Shown here piece by piece: positions 24,859 to 37,415 of a DNA stretch of 64,000 nt. The position numbers and the translations under genes were made by a program. The notes below the pieces were generated by a model, which did not search any database, was not told the origin of the DNA, and saw only the letters and a list, made by a program, of their open reading frames with translations. The stretch's first letter is position 1; each line of letters starts with the position of its first letter. Origin of the DNA: Polymyxa betae A26-41 (lineage: Eukaryota > Protista > Endomyxa: Phytomyxea); assembly GCA_003693705.1 (NCBI GenBank), contig RBZT01000564.1, positions 1 through 64,000 on the forward strand, read 5' to 3'.

Positions 24859-27603
24859 ATGGCCACAACCGACCTGGCCAGCGTCGATTGGGTCAAGCGC
24901 TCCGTCCAACGCGTCCTGGACCAGCTCAACTGGAAGTACCTGGCGGAGGAAGACGTCGGCGCCCGCGAGATCGTCTGCATCTTTGGGGCCGGCGATCTTG
25001 GCAACTGGGTCCTTATTAACCGAATCTTGGCCCCGAAAGGCGTCCTACTGATCATGGCGACCTGCCAGGAGAACGTCCCTGTAAACCAGCGCCAGGCCGC
25101 TATCGAATTCGTAACGCGAGCCAACTTTGGCATTCTAAACGGCTTCTTCGATATGGATTTGACCGATGGCGACCTTCGTTTTTCGTCGCGCGTCGAATAC
25201 GGCTTGATGGTCGACGCCGCCCAGTTCGAGGTGAATTTCCGCCAGACGTTCCAAATCGTTCATGGGACGTTCAGCAAATATTTGCCAGCCGTCGTTGGAG
25301 TCACGAAGAAAGCCATGACCGGGCGGCAGGCCGTCGAACTCATCGAAGGCGGCGCTAATATGCTGCCGAACGCCAGCCAGACTCCACTGCTGGCGACCGT
25401 TGCCCGGCATCTGTCGGCGACCAGCACGAACTATGTTTCGCATTCTGAGAAGGGCATTATTCGAATGCCGTGTACGATTAGCGGCACCACCTACCATCTA
25501 CGAATTAAGGCGATGGAGGACACCCAGCATCTCTACGTGTTCTGCAATTACCCGCGAACCGGCGGTAAAGTCCCGCTGGCCTTTATCGAGCCAATCACTG
25601 AGTACATCACGCGGGCGAACTGGGCTCTGCCGTTCGGCTATTTCGATATGGATTTGGAAGATGGCGAGCTTCGGTTCGTAATCTGGCTTCCTGTACATGG
25701 CGTCCCGGTGCTGGTCATACAGACCCACTTTGTTCGGGCTCTGATTGTTTCTGCTATAAGTGCGTCTGGACTCATTTTCTGCTGCATGGTTTTTTATCTT
25801 GTCGTTAGCGTCGTTTGTGAAGTATCTGCCCGGGATCGATGCGATTATTTCGGGGCAGCAGACGAGCGCCGAGAAAGCGATCAGTGCTGTCGAGAACGAG
25901 CTGAATCACGAACTCGGCAGCGAGAGCATCGCTCGCATCATGGACGCCGGTCTCGCCAGCAGCGACGACGAGGATCAGGATACGGGCGCTCGAGTCCGGC
26001 TGAATCTCGCCAAGCACACGCTGGAGAACGATTCGGTCGATTTCACCGAATCAATCAAAGGCAACCGGAAACTGGACGACGACGATGCCACCAGAAATCG
26101 TAACTTTCATCACGTAGTCGCTTCGATGTAAATTCATCAGACTGAATAGGTGTTTGTGTCAAGACGCTCTATAATGCCGACGGCTCGGGGACCGGAGCTC
26201 TGGAATTTATCGGCAATAAAGGCGGGTCTGAGCCTTGGACGAATCCGGTCGAGGCCGGCCAGGTTCTGGTATCGTCATCGTCACAGCCGGTCGGCGCGAC
26301 CGGCGAAATCGCTGATGTTGTCGGGCAGAATCTGTCCAAGCTTTATGTGACGTCGCCAACGCAGCAGCCATGGGTCGTCATCGATCTGCGGCAATGCTCG
26401 CTGCGGCCGACCCATTACCGACTCTGCCATCACACGCTAAACGATTCGGATGCGTTGCGGTCCTGGCAGCTGCAGGCGTCCAACGACGGACGCAGCTGGG
26501 TCGTACTCGACGAACAGGTCGGCAATCGGAGTCTGTCGGCGAAGTCGCCCAAGAGCACCTGGGCGATCGCTCAAAGCCTGCCGCCGGTGTCGTATTGCAT
26601 GTTCCGGCTGTTGATGACCGGCCCCAATTCCAGCCATCGTATGCAGCTGGCCATCACGAATATGGAGCTGTTCGGCTATTTAACAGTCTGTTTCCCCGTT
26701 GAGCCGCATTTAATCGATCTCTCCAATAACGTCGGTAGCGATGAAGGCGTCGTCAAGCCTCAGCTGAACGTCCCGGTTAGCGATATCGAATGCGACTGGC
26801 TATCGGGCTCTCATATAGGAAGCGGAATTCACGGCGATGTGTTTCGGGGCATGTACAATGGCGTCGCTGTTGCTTTGAAACGCATCTCTTACCGATATTG
26901 GTTGAGAGACCAGATAAGTCATATTCGGGCGTCTCTCGAGGAGAATTTTGTCAATCTGAGTTCAGTGAAATCACCCGAGCTGGTTCGCGTTCTTGGCTTA
27001 TGCGATGACAGTCGCCAGCAAGCGTTTATCATCATATGTCAGCTGGTATCGACATCAAACTCGCTGCTTCTGCCTCAATCGACACCTATGAAGAGCCGCT
27101 TGGCTCTGGCAGCACAGGCAGCGAACGCTGTAGCCACATTACATCAGCGGGGTCTGGCTCATGGCTCGTTACATCTGGGCAACGTGCTGATCTCATATGA
27201 TAACTCCAATCTGTTTATCTGCGATATGGGCTTGTCATCCTGCCTATCTCCGGTTTTGGTTGGTCGTCCTGTGCAGATTGATATCGGATTTACTGCTCCA
27301 GAGTCGATTCATTCCAGCATCTTAACAAAACCCGCTCAAGCTGATAAAGTTGCTGCTGATCTATACAGCCTCGGGATGATTATCTACGTGTTGACAGCTG
27401 GAAAGCTGCCGTTTGACGATGTAACGGATATGGCAGCTCCAACTCTACTGACGAAAATCGCAGTCGGTCTACGACCGAACCTTCCCAGCTCATTACCCGA
27501 GTCGTTATCGACATTACTGAAGTCTTTATGGGATCCAAGTGCTGCCAATAGGCCAGATGCCAATTTAGTTGTTCAGGCTCTCAACAAAATTACTGTCAGA
27601 TGA
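24859..27603 (+). CDS. ~881-aa fusion protein: YbjN-like x2, discoidin/galactose-binding-like domain, TKL-like pseudokinase
   Basis: Introns 25760-25808 and 26100-26149 join three ORF pieces in frame. Two repeats of VP..EFVTRANFGILNGFFDMDLTDGDLRF / EYITRANWALPFGYFDMDLEDGELRF. Then WTNPVEAGQV..WVVIDL..LRSWQLQASNDGRSW. Kinase motifs GSGIHGDV, VALK, HGSLHLGN, DMG, APE. Confidence 0.82.
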
Positions 27604-27747
27604 GATATAGAATAAATATTCAGTATAGTGATTAAAACTCTAACAATTTATTAAGAAAAAGCTGTCTAATGGCTTGTGCAACCAGATTTTCACCGAAAGT
27701 TCTGGGAGGAAATCATCGACGCGTGCCATAACATCGAATTTGTTTTG

Positions 27748-28329
27748 ATGATGCGAACTTTGCTGGATGTGCCGCCAATCCATCGGCAGTCGGTTGGTCC
27801 TAATGCTATTTACCGTCGCCGAAAGACACCAATGCCTGGCGATATCAAGCTGCAAATCTCGGACGAGGCTCAAGACGATGCCAGGCCGGTTCTCGACACC
27901 AACGGTCAAGTCCTATTTGTCGGCTGCTCACCAAATGCCGGCCGCCGACAAATGGTCGTCCGACGTCCCACAATTCGGCTGAATCGTGAAGCCGGCCCGA
28001 TCATCCGCCTGACTCCTGATGGAGGACCGACAACGTTAATGACGCCTCGACGTAATACAGGGATGCCAACGGCGGCTCCATTGCCGAACATAGTCAACAG
28101 ATACCTCGGCGGAAAGCATCTGCAGCCGGATCCCAACCCGATGATGGCGAATCCAGCGATGATGAACCCGACCATTACGATCTCAGGACCGACACGGGCG
28201 GCGCCGACGCCCTGCATGGTGTCTGGTTGCGAGAATCCGGCCTCAGGCAATGATTTATGCACGTTGCATTATCAAAGAGCGCTGAGAATTCAAGCGCAGA
28301 TCAATCAACCGATTAACGACAGATCATAA
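27748..28329 (+). CDS. Hypothetical Pro/Arg-rich protein with C-terminal Cx4Cx9Cx2H zinc-finger-like motif
   Basis: Open frame 27676-28329 with first ATG at 27748. Contains CMVSGCENPASGNDLCTLHYQR. Confidence 0.5.
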   Translation: MMRTLLDVPPIHRQSVGPNAIYRRRKTPMPGDIKLQISDEAQDDARPVLDTNGQVLFVGCSPNAGRRQMVVRRPTIRLNREAGPIIRLTPDGGPTTLMTPRRNTGMPTAAPLPNIVNRYLGGKHLQPDPNPMMANPAMMNPTITISGPTRAAPTPCMVSGCENPASGNDLCTLHYQRALRIQAQINQPINDRS

Positions 28330-28977
28330 ATAGTTTCCGACTGTCTTCTCGAAAATGAAAAGAATAAATCTGTCGCCATTTAAGCAACCTTCTATAAGAA
28401 GGAATCCATATTCGATAGTCCGTCATCACAGACTGGCCGCAGGCTGCTATCCACCACACCGCCTTCTCCCAAAACAAGCTCCATGAGTGACGAGAATGAA
28501 CTTGAGTAATAGATGTATGTAAAGAAAAAGGCAATTGAGTTATGAAGCAAAAAAAACTACAGGACTATCCGCTGCCGTCCGTATAAAATACAAGTTAGGA
28601 AAGAAAGTCGCGGAAATGTCGCGTAGAACCGCCTATATAACTTCGGACAGAATCAGGACGCAGTTTGTATTTCTCATATTTCTGTTTCTGTAATTCTATT
28701 TATCTCCTCGAGATCTATCGATTTACAGAGAGAAACTCATGAACAACCTAAATACGCCACCCCTGATACAAATTGCCGTCCTTCCTACCAAGCTGTTCCT
28801 TCCAGGTGTCTTGAGCTGTACCCGCAAATTATCGTCAACTTTCACACTGAAATCCAAATTGAGCACGCAGATTATCTGCGCGGTATTGAGGGGGGAGACT
28901 ATTCCGGACTTTTACGCGCCGTTTTGAAAAGTGTGCGTCAACTCCAAACCGCTTTTGACAGCCACAGAGAAGGGGTT

Positions 28978-29061
28978 CACCCATACAAATCACATGGCAT
29001 AATCCTATTCATACAAATAACATGGCATAATCNNGATTATGCCATGTTATTTGTATGGGTG
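28978..29061. repeat. Inverted repeat built from a 28-bp tandem unit, centred on an NN gap (29033-29034)
   Basis: cacccatacaaatcacatggcataatcctatt catacaaataacatggcataatc NN gattatgccatgttatttgtatgggtg. The right arm is the reverse complement of the left unit. Confidence 0.85.
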
Positions 29062-29237
29062 TGCTCCTCCTATATCATTAGTGGGCGTCCTTGAAAGATC
29101 ACCGATTAAACAATTGTTGCCTGCAGCAGTGACACGGCCTTAGCAATGGAAATATCTTCGATTTCCGTACAAGGGGACCCGAATCCGATCAATCCTACTA
29201 AACACGAACAACGGGGAATTGGGCCGGCTCATCTGGC

Positions 29238-30734
29238 ATGGGTTCGGCCACGCCGCCACAAAACAACACCACCCTGGTCGTACTCGTATTCTATCTGTTC
29301 CTCCAGATTACTTCGATTTTTCTCGTGATAAGGAGGCATAGTTCACAAGCACTGAAGTGTCGAGATCCAGTACTACTGGTAATTACCGACACGGACGATG
29401 TTTTCCCAGCATTGTTTGACCGTCGGTTCAGGTCGCCGCCACAGTCTCTCAGACTATATTCACGTCGCTGAGGACGCTGGCCTCCGCCTTCAACATTACA
29501 GACTGCATAGCCCAGAACGTTATCGGTACAGAAATGCGACTCCGAACGGGCATCTCTGATGAAATTCTCCAGATGTATTCTGGCTGGCGTTCATGCCGTT
29601 ATTGGCCGGTTGCCTCTGGCAGCTCTGGATTGCGTCGTTGACGGAATCGGAGCGAATCGCCGGTTCACCGAAAGCGATCTGGAAGGCGGTCGCCATCACG
29701 ACCGCCATTCTCATTCTAGTTCGAGTCCCTGCCAGAGTAGCTTCGAGCTGCAACGACCTGCCCGGGATTCGCATCTTCGACATGATGCTCTGCATCATCT
29801 GGGTCGTGATTCTCGGCTGCATCATCATCCGAGTATGCCACGCCGACGTCGGATTTGGCGTCGTCAACGAATGCATCGCATTGCTTCTGATTCTCGTGCT
29901 ATGGATTGTCATCCTGATCTCAGTCATGCTGTCTCAAACAGCATTCGAGCGCATCTTCAGCGTCATGCCGCCGGAGTACTGCCTCTTGCTGGCCAGCTTC
30001 CTAGTCAGTCTGGTGACGGTCTGGTATCCGGTCGTACTGACCTACGTCACGGAAACGGGGACGATGCATCGTCCCGTCCGGAGCGGTACTACTACTCGGA
30101 TGATTGGGCGAAGCACGCATTCGGCACAGAAGACGAGCTTGAATGAGGAATCCGACCTGCAGCAGATTCTGGATGATGCCGTTGGAATGGATCTGTTCCA
30201 TATGTATCTTACCAGAGAGCTTTCCGTAGAGAACCTCATGTGCTATATGCAGCTGTTGAGGTTAGAGAAGCAGCCCGGCACTGATCTGAATGCCGATTTC
30301 AACATGATTTACGAGAACTATGTGAAATCAGGAAGCCCCAACGAGGTCAATATCTCGTCGAAGCTGAAGGTCAGATCGATACAGCCTGGTCGCAATATTC
30401 AACTAAGTTTTCAATAGAAACGATTCGGCGATCTGGCGGCGACGAAAGCAGAGAGCGCCATCTCGATCGATGGCGTCACCGCTGACGCGGTGGCGACCGA
30501 AAAAGTGGCATTGCTGAGGCGGCTGAAACGAGGTTTGAATGGAAGACGCCCGCTGCAGGCCGTTCTGATGGGTGAACAGATGCGTTTCGCTTGATGGAAT
30601 GCGATTCGTATGTGAGGTTCAAGACGTCTGCGGTCTACGGCGAGATGATCCGGTTGGGATACCTGCCTGGGCCGGAATTTCAGCACAATTATCACCAAAG
30701 ACAAAGCATATTTGTCAGGACGAATCAGGTCTAG
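29238..30734 (+). CDS. 7TM-RGS protein (seven-TM receptor-like domain fused to a regulator of G-protein signalling domain)
   Basis: Seven hydrophobic segments after splicing, then the RGS box LQQILDDAVGMDLFHMYLTRELSVENL..IYENYVKSGSPNEVNIS..LMECDSYVRFKTS. Confidence 0.87.
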
Positions 30735-31215
30735 ATGGGGCATAGGATTTCATGTATTCCGAGTTCAATTGCAGCATTGGAAGATAGCTGCTAGTTGGCT
30801 GACGCCAGATATTCATTATAACAGTTAAAATCCACAAAAATTTTAGAAAAAAAACGATAAGGACACCAACTGTTTCGATATAGACAGCTAACATCGAGAA
30901 GAGGCTCAATCGACCCGCGATAGTTTGCAGAAAACTCCATTGACAACCTCGTCACTTGTTCAAAGCAGCAAATCTCATCGCCGTGGCATATTGCCAGACG
31001 GCGCCAACCATCGTCGCCTCTCCGCCTTCACAACCGACGCTCTCTCTTTGCCTCTCTTTCAGCAATGAGACGAAATGAAGAGTTCGAGTAACTTTCAGCA
31101 TGTAACGTGCAATAAGTCCGTGGCGGCACCCATGGGAGGCCGCCGCCCTACCCACATGGTCAGCACTCTTCCTGCCTCTCTCTCCCTCTCTCTATCGCCC
31201 TCATTGTCGTTAACA

Positions 31216-32826
31216 ATGCAGCCAACCATCATCGTCTTGAAATCGGGGTCGGATGTGTCCCAGGGCCGACCACAGCTCATCTCCAACATCAACGCCGTCC
31301 AGGCCGTCGTCGACATCCTCGGCAGCACGCTGGGCCCGCGTGGCATGGACAAGCTGATTCACTCCAAGGAGCATGGCGTCACGATCAGTAACGATGGAGC
31401 GACGATTATTAAGCTGCTGGATATCGTTCATCCGGCCGCGAAGACGCTCGTCGATGTCGCCAGATCGCAGGATGCGGAAGTCGGCGATGGGACGACGTCG
31501 GTCTGCTTGTTGTCGGCCGCTTTGCTAAAGCAAGCGAAGCCGTTCGTTGAGGACGGCGTCCACCCACAGATTCTGATTCGCGGCTATCGCCAGGCGCTGA
31601 ATCTGTGCCTGAAGAAGATCAAAGAGATCGCCGTCGAGTTCCGTGGCGAATCCGGCGAGCAGCGCGACATTCTCGAGCGCTGTGCAGCGACTTCGTTGAA
31701 TTCCAAGCTGATCAGCGATTATAAGGCGTTTTTCGCGCCGATCGTCGTCGACGCCTGTCTGACGCTCGACCAGAACCTGCTGGATTTGGATCTGATCGGC
31801 ATCAAGAAGGTGCCGGGCGGCAGTGTCACCGATTGCATGCTGATCAAGGGCGTCGCCTTCAAGAAGACGTTCTCGTACGCCGGTTTCGAACAGCAGCCGA
31901 AAAAGTTCATCGACGCCAAGATCGTCGTCCTGAACGTCGAGCTCGAGCTGAAATCGGAGAAGGAGAACGCCGAGGTCCGCATCACGAACCCGGATCAGTA
32001 CCAATCGATTGTCGACGCCGAATGGAGGATCATCTACGAGAAGCTCGAGAAGATCGTCGCTTCGGGCGCCAACGTTATCCTGTCGCGTCTGCCGATCGGC
32101 GATCTGGCGACACAGTACTTCGCCGATCGCAACCTTCATTGCAGCGGTCGTGTCCCCGATGCCGATCTGAAGCGCGTCTGCCAGGCGACCGGCGCCAAGC
32201 TGCAGACTTCGCTCCAGGACCTGTCGAAGGATATCCTGGGCCATTGCGATTTGTTCGAAGAACGTCAGGTCGGTGGCGAACGATACAACGTTTTCACCGG
32301 GTGCCCGACGGCGAAGACCGCCACCATTATTTTACGTGGTGGCGCCGAGCAGTTTATCGCTGAAACGGAAAGATCGCTGCATGATGCCATCATGATCGTG
32401 AAGCGAACCCTGCAGCACAAGATGGTCGTCGGCGGCGCCGGCGCGATTGAAATGCATCTGTCTCGCTGTCTGCGTGAACACTCATCGACGATCAAAGACA
32501 AACAGCAGCTGGTGATGTTCGCATTCGCGCGCGCTCTGGAATGCATCCCGAGGCAGCTGACGAAGAACGCCGGTTTCGATGCGACCGATGTGCTGTCGGA
32601 GCTGAGGGCAGCTCATGCTCAGGGTAAATGCTGGCGCGGCGTCAACGTCGACGTTCAGGGCACGCTGGACGCGTTCGAAGAATTCATCTGGGAACCGGCT
32701 TTGGTGAAGCAGAACGCATTAGCAGCCGCCACCGAGGCTGCTTGCGTCATTCTATCAGTCGATGAGACCGTCCGCACGCCCAAGAGCGAAGGTCTCCCGA
32801 ATCAGGGCGGTCCTCAGATGAAATAA
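31216..32826 (+). CDS. CCT7: T-complex protein 1 subunit eta (CCT-eta), intronless
   Basis: [40 protein letters not shown], and the eta-type [16 protein letters not shown] and [16 protein letters not shown]. Confidence 0.96.
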   Translation: MQPTIIVLKSGSDVSQGRPQLISNINAVQAVVDILGSTLGPRGMDKLIHSKEHGVTISNDGATIIKLLDIVHPAAKTLVDVARSQDAEVGDGTTSVCLLSAALLKQAKPFVEDGVHPQILIRGYRQALNLCLKKIKEIAVEFRGESGEQRDILERCAATSLNSKLISDYKAFFAPIVVDACLTLDQNLLDLDLIGIKKVPGGSVTDCMLIKGVAFKKTFSYAGFEQQPKKFIDAKIVVLNVELELKSEKENAEVRITNPDQYQSIVDAEWRIIYEKLEKIVASGANVILSRLPIGDLATQYFADRNLHCSGRVPDADLKRVCQATGAKLQTSLQDLSKDILGHCDLFEERQVGGERYNVFTGCPTAKTATIILRGGAEQFIAETERSLHDAIMIVKRTLQHKMVVGGAGAIEMHLSRCLREHSSTIKDKQQLVMFAFARALECIPRQLTKNAGFDATDVLSELRAAHAQGKCWRGVNVDVQGTLDAFEEFIWEPALVKQNALAAATEAACVILSVDETVRTPKSEGLPNQGGPQMK

Positions 32827-33051
32827 TCTTCTTAGCTATACACAGTTCGATTAAATTGTCGTTTCCTTTTTTTCAGCATCTTTGGAGTAGTTGTGTCTTC
32901 AGTTTTAGGTTTAGTTTCGTCATTCGAATCATCGTGGTTTTGTCATCAAATGGTGTGTTGCTTTGTAAGGTCAAGAGCGGTTTCGGAGTCCGTGCGAGGG
33001 CTGCACCGTGATCATTTCCAGTCCGTCCTTCTCCCACATCCAGCAAACACC

Positions 33052-34083
33052 ATGGCCAGCAACGCCGCTCGTTCCATGGCCGGACCCGGATCTAGCCTGG
33101 CCCGTCTGGCGGCCACGGCCGTCGCCGGCGGTGCTCTCGCGTACGGCGCCTATAACTCGCTATTCACGGTCGAGGGTGGTCACCGGGCCGTCATGTACAA
33201 TCGTATCGTCGGTGTTAAGGAGGCCGTCTACCCTGAAGGGACGCATTTCATGGTGCCCTGGTTCGAGCAACCCACCATCTTCGACGTTCGAACCAAACCG
33301 AAGAAGATCTCGTCGCCGACCGGAACGAAAGATATGCAGATGGTGCAGATCTCGCTGCGGTCGGTTTTCTCGTTTCGCGTTTATCGCCCGCATTGATCGA
33401 ATGAGCTCAGGGTTCTGTACAAGCCGGACGTGTCGGCGCTCCCCAAGATTTTCCAGCGATTCGGGGCCGATTACGACGAACGCATTCTGCCGTCGATCGC
33501 CAACGAGACGCTGAAGGCGATCATCGCCCAGTACAACGCCGCCCAGCTCATCACCAAACGTGAAGAAGTGTCGCGAGAGATCCGCAACCATCTGCAGAAA
33601 CGCGCCAAGGTTCGCAGTCGCGAGTCGTACTCGCCTTTCGCGGGGTCGTGCTGACCCCGTCCGCGTGTTTAGGATTTCTACATTCTGCTGGACGATGTGT
33701 CGATTACGCATCTGAGCTTCGGCTCCGAGTACACGGCGGCGGTCGAATCGAAGCAGGTTGCGCAGCAGGAGGCGGAACGAGCCAAGTTCATTGTCGAGCG
33801 CGCCCTGCAGGACAAACGATCGACGATCATCCACGCGCAGGGTGAAGCGCAGAGCGCCGAGATGATCGGGCGGGCGCTGTCTGCCAACCCCGGTTTCGTT
33901 GAGCTTCGTCGTATGGAGGCTGCCAGAAAGATCTCGTCGTCGTTGGCGGCGTCGCCGAACAAGGTGTACCTGTCGGCGAACTCGCTGCTGTTGAATCTGG
34001 GCGAGGAGCCGTCGTCGCAGTCGACATCGGCGATCGGCAAGACGCAGACGATCATGGCGACCTCGCCTGCAGAAGCTTCATAA
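33052..34083 (+). CDS. PHB2: Prohibitin-2 (SPFH domain), 3 exons
   Basis: [71 protein letters not shown]. Confidence 0.92.
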
Positions 34084-34640
34084 TCTGTAGATTACGTTCG
34101 AGTAAAAAACAGTGTATTGTCTCAGTTAGCAGCTCCCTATAAAACGATAACAAGCAAGATTAAAGGCTTAATAGCAAGACTTTCTATCAAAAATTATTTC
34201 AGGTTGTCAAATTCTTTGAGAGCTTTTTTTCTCTGTTTAATTTTGAAAACGTTTGTTACTCTTCTCTCTTAGAGCAATTTATTGATATTTTTTCCAAATC
34301 TTGTCAGAAGGAAAGATAAGAGAGAAGCAGAAAGCAGTCGATAGTATTAACAGGTCGGATGTTGAGAGCTCCGGTAGGCGGTGATGTGTCTGTTAGACGC
34401 TCTCCGACATCTTCAGACGGCCTTCAATCAGGCTACAGTACAAAAAGCATTGCTGACGATGTTCTCGAACAGCGAGTATCATTTCCGCGCACAGATTCGA
34501 GACTAATGCGCGGTCAAGTTAGAATCTAAAGTCGCGCATTTGTTGTTTCCGACAGACGCAGTAATTAATCCCGCTTTGCGCACTTTCTGTCCCTGAGCGG
34601 GCGAGGCCTGATTGAAGCTCCATTTCCATCATTGCCAGCT

Positions 34641-36166
34641 ATGATCGGCGATCTCATCGTCACCATCACCCTATTGGTGGCGCTCTCTGTAGTCACCCTA
34701 GCAGCCGCCATCCTGCTCGTCATCAAATTCGGACATCCCGATGACAAAAACGAAGCGCTCTGGCCGAAAACCGTCGTCATCCTGTCCCTGTATCTGGCCG
34801 CCGCCGCCGTCTTCGTCTTCCCATTAGATGTGTCAGCGACGGCCGATCCCAGGCTGAGATCGGTCATGTCGATCATTTGGTATGCGATCTTTGCGAGCGT
34901 GGCTTTACTGCTGCTGCTGGTCGTTCCTATTTCCATCTCGGTCTATGAAGACGCTGATGGTCATGCCTCGAAGAGCAAATTCGTCTCTGTGCTGTTTGGT
35001 CTCTTCCCGTTATTCCTGATAGGAATTCTCTCTGCCTGTTTATATCCCTTTTTCAGCAGCTATACGCTGTCGGCACAAGACGCTGAAAAAGTGACCGGGT
35101 CGTTCGACGCCGCCACGAAGACGACCATCGACTTCCTGCTGTTCGCCGTTGCCGTTCTGTCCATGATCGGCTGGGCCGCCTTCGCCTTGTTCGTTCCGAT
35201 CGGCCTGGTCGTGCTTCCGATGGATCTGATTAACGCCTTCGTGACGCGTCCGAAACCCATGACCGTCTCAGATTACAGCCGAGAAAAGGTTCAGATCGGT
35301 AATTTCGTCATTTCGTCACGTTTGTCGATATTTGAATGGGCGACGTTAGGTAGGAAAGCGACGCAGCTGCTGTCGCTAGCGAAAGACGAGCAGCAAAGCC
35401 GCGATCAGAATGGATTCCGCAAATCGAAGCTCTCCCGAGCCGAGCGGAAAGCGCAGGTCGCCCTCGAGATCGAAACATACGAGCTCAAGAAGCGACAGGC
35501 TTACCTTGAAGAGGCGTACGCTGGCAAACACCTTCGTTCTGCTTTCAGTCTAACAATGCTTTCAGGTATGCCCTTCGAGGCGGAAACCCGCTCTGGTATT
35601 TCTTCCAGCTGATTCTGGGAATCGTTTTGATGTTGATTACGGCGTCCTGGATTGTCCATACGACGATTTTCGTCCTATTCGGGGTCTCAACGGGCTTAAA
35701 TAGCGTTCTTTCTGGTCTGCAATCGTTCCCTGTAGGGAGCATCGTGTATTTTGCTGTACATGCGCTGTATCTATTAGCGGCTGCCGTCAAGGGAGCCTTT
35801 CGCTTCTCTCTCGGTTCGAGACAGTTGTCAATATACCCGATGGAGATCGGGAATACCTTGATGAACGCGTTCCTTGTGAACATCTGGCTGATTTTGGCGC
35901 TCGTGTTCCCTTTGATCCAGTTCTGTGCGATCTCGTTTAAGGAATACGCAAGCAGGACGGTCATCGATGGGATTGCGCTTCGCATCAACAATCTGCCGTT
36001 GTTCAAGAGCTTCGTCTTTTTCGACAATATTTACATCTACGTGATGGGCGGGATCATGTTCCTCACGCTTCTGATGACTTTGGCATGTCCAAGGAATACC
36101 ACCCATCAGCTTAGAAACCGGTTAAGGAACCGTATTGAGCTAAGGTCCGACATAGAATTAAGATAA
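34641..36166 (+). CDS. LMBR1-like multi-pass membrane protein
   Basis: HPDDKNEALWPKTVVILSL, FPLDVS, GLVVLPMDLINAFVTRPKP, IYPMEIGNTLMNAFLVN. Confidence 0.88.
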
Positions 36167-36363
36167 ACCATATCTGAAAGGCTGCTTCACCTCTGGAAGG
36201 AACTGATTTCATCAGCTTGCCTCAGTATTGGCTCATCAGGTTGCCAGATGATGGCTGGGTTCCTATCCTCGATGAACTTCAAGCTATGTATTCGAATAGA
36301 CCGAGGCTGTACATGACAGCCTCCTAAAACAATGGGCGAAATCTTGTTCATCAATACCTTGTA

Positions 36364-36859
36364 TTATTTGGTAGTTTTCGGCTCACTTTCACTGGCTTTG
36401 CCTTTCCATTTGAAATTCGTCGCGTACGATTTCGGTTGTTTCTTCTTCAGATGAGGTTCCTGGACTCTGTACTTAATTCCGTGATTATCAGCGAACTGGA
36501 TCGCGCTGTCTTTTGTGTCGAATTTGATTCGAATAGATTGGAATGGGTCTCTAGACGAACTCCAGCCCTGTAGCCATCTGTTTATAGCAATCTCATCATC
36601 GAAGTGGAGAACCGACCGTCAATGGATTATTCCATCGCATCAAGGGTTCGAATTTTAAGAGCCACACAGATTGCTCCGTTCGTTTCGCTTGCTGCATAAC
36701 GGATGGAGCCGGAGCGACAATAATGGCTTCTCGGTTAGCGAGAGCTTCTGAGGCAGAAATGCCTGCTTGAAGAGCCAGAAACTCCTGTGGCGTCTTGGTT
36801 GACGACGCGGCCGACCCGGAGAATACTCGAACCCGACGAAGGGCGGCTGTCAGTATCAT
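36364..36859 (-). CDS. NDUFS4: Complex I 18-kDa subunit (NDUFS4-like), 2 exons
   Basis: Mitochondrial-type presequence. APAPSVMQQ..RWNNPLT|GWSSSRDP..IKFDTKDSAIQFADNHG..KSYATNF. Confidence 0.9.
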
Positions 36860-36998
36860 GGGAATAGAAACTCCAATCGTATGACGATAATCACCCCAAC
36901 CGAGAAATCAAAAAACTCTGGAAAAGGCACAAAATTTTTAGATTAAGTTTGTGCGTGAGTCCCCTAAGTACGCACCATGCCCAGATCGGTTATTTGTT

Positions 36999-37214
36999 AT
37001 GTCCCATAATGAGCAGCTTGAGGAGCGAGAGTATCTGAAGACCTTCGGCAAGGATGTAGAAGCAACCTTCTCGGCCTTTTGGCTAAGATCAAGTGTAGTA
37101 TCTGTTCTAGAACTCGTGACAAAGTTCTTGTCTCCACTGGGGACACTGTTCACGATTATTTTTGTCGCCAGATTATTGAGGCTCTGGCTTGCCATCCTCG
37201 ATGATCGCACGTGA
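36999..37214 (+). CDS. Possible small (71-aa) single-TM protein
   Basis: MSHNEQLEEREYLK..LGTLFTIIFVARLLRLWLAIL. No family recognised. Confidence 0.3.
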   Translation: MSHNEQLEEREYLKTFGKDVEATFSAFWLRSSVVSVLELVTKFLSPLGTLFTIIFVARLLRLWLAILDDRT

Positions 37215-37415
37215 CCTCTGTGCGTTGCACTACAGCAGAGCGTCGCGGGTGCTGGTTGCACCAGCAGCACCAATAAAATTAAAACGAAATTGATCATTGC
37301 TAATTTCTTGTTTATTTAAAACATATATGCTCGAAATTCTGTAGATGTTCGCAGCTCTGTGCTATGATGATCAGTGCAACTATTCAAACACTCCTGGACC
37401 AAGTTGAAGTGAAGC

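Noticed and set aside
28978-29061. CRISPR array
   Set aside because: The units abut without unique spacers, invert around a gap, and lie in a eukaryotic context with no cas genes.
31525-32363. Long alternative ORFs over CCT7 (239 aa antisense, 176 aa alternative frame)
   Set aside because: These are shadow ORFs produced by GC-rich codon bias within a conserved gene.
34358-34412. Imperfect hairpin (gatgttgagagc...gctctccgacatc) as an ncRNA
   Set aside because: It is a short bulged stem with no tRNA or snoRNA motifs and is compatible with chance.
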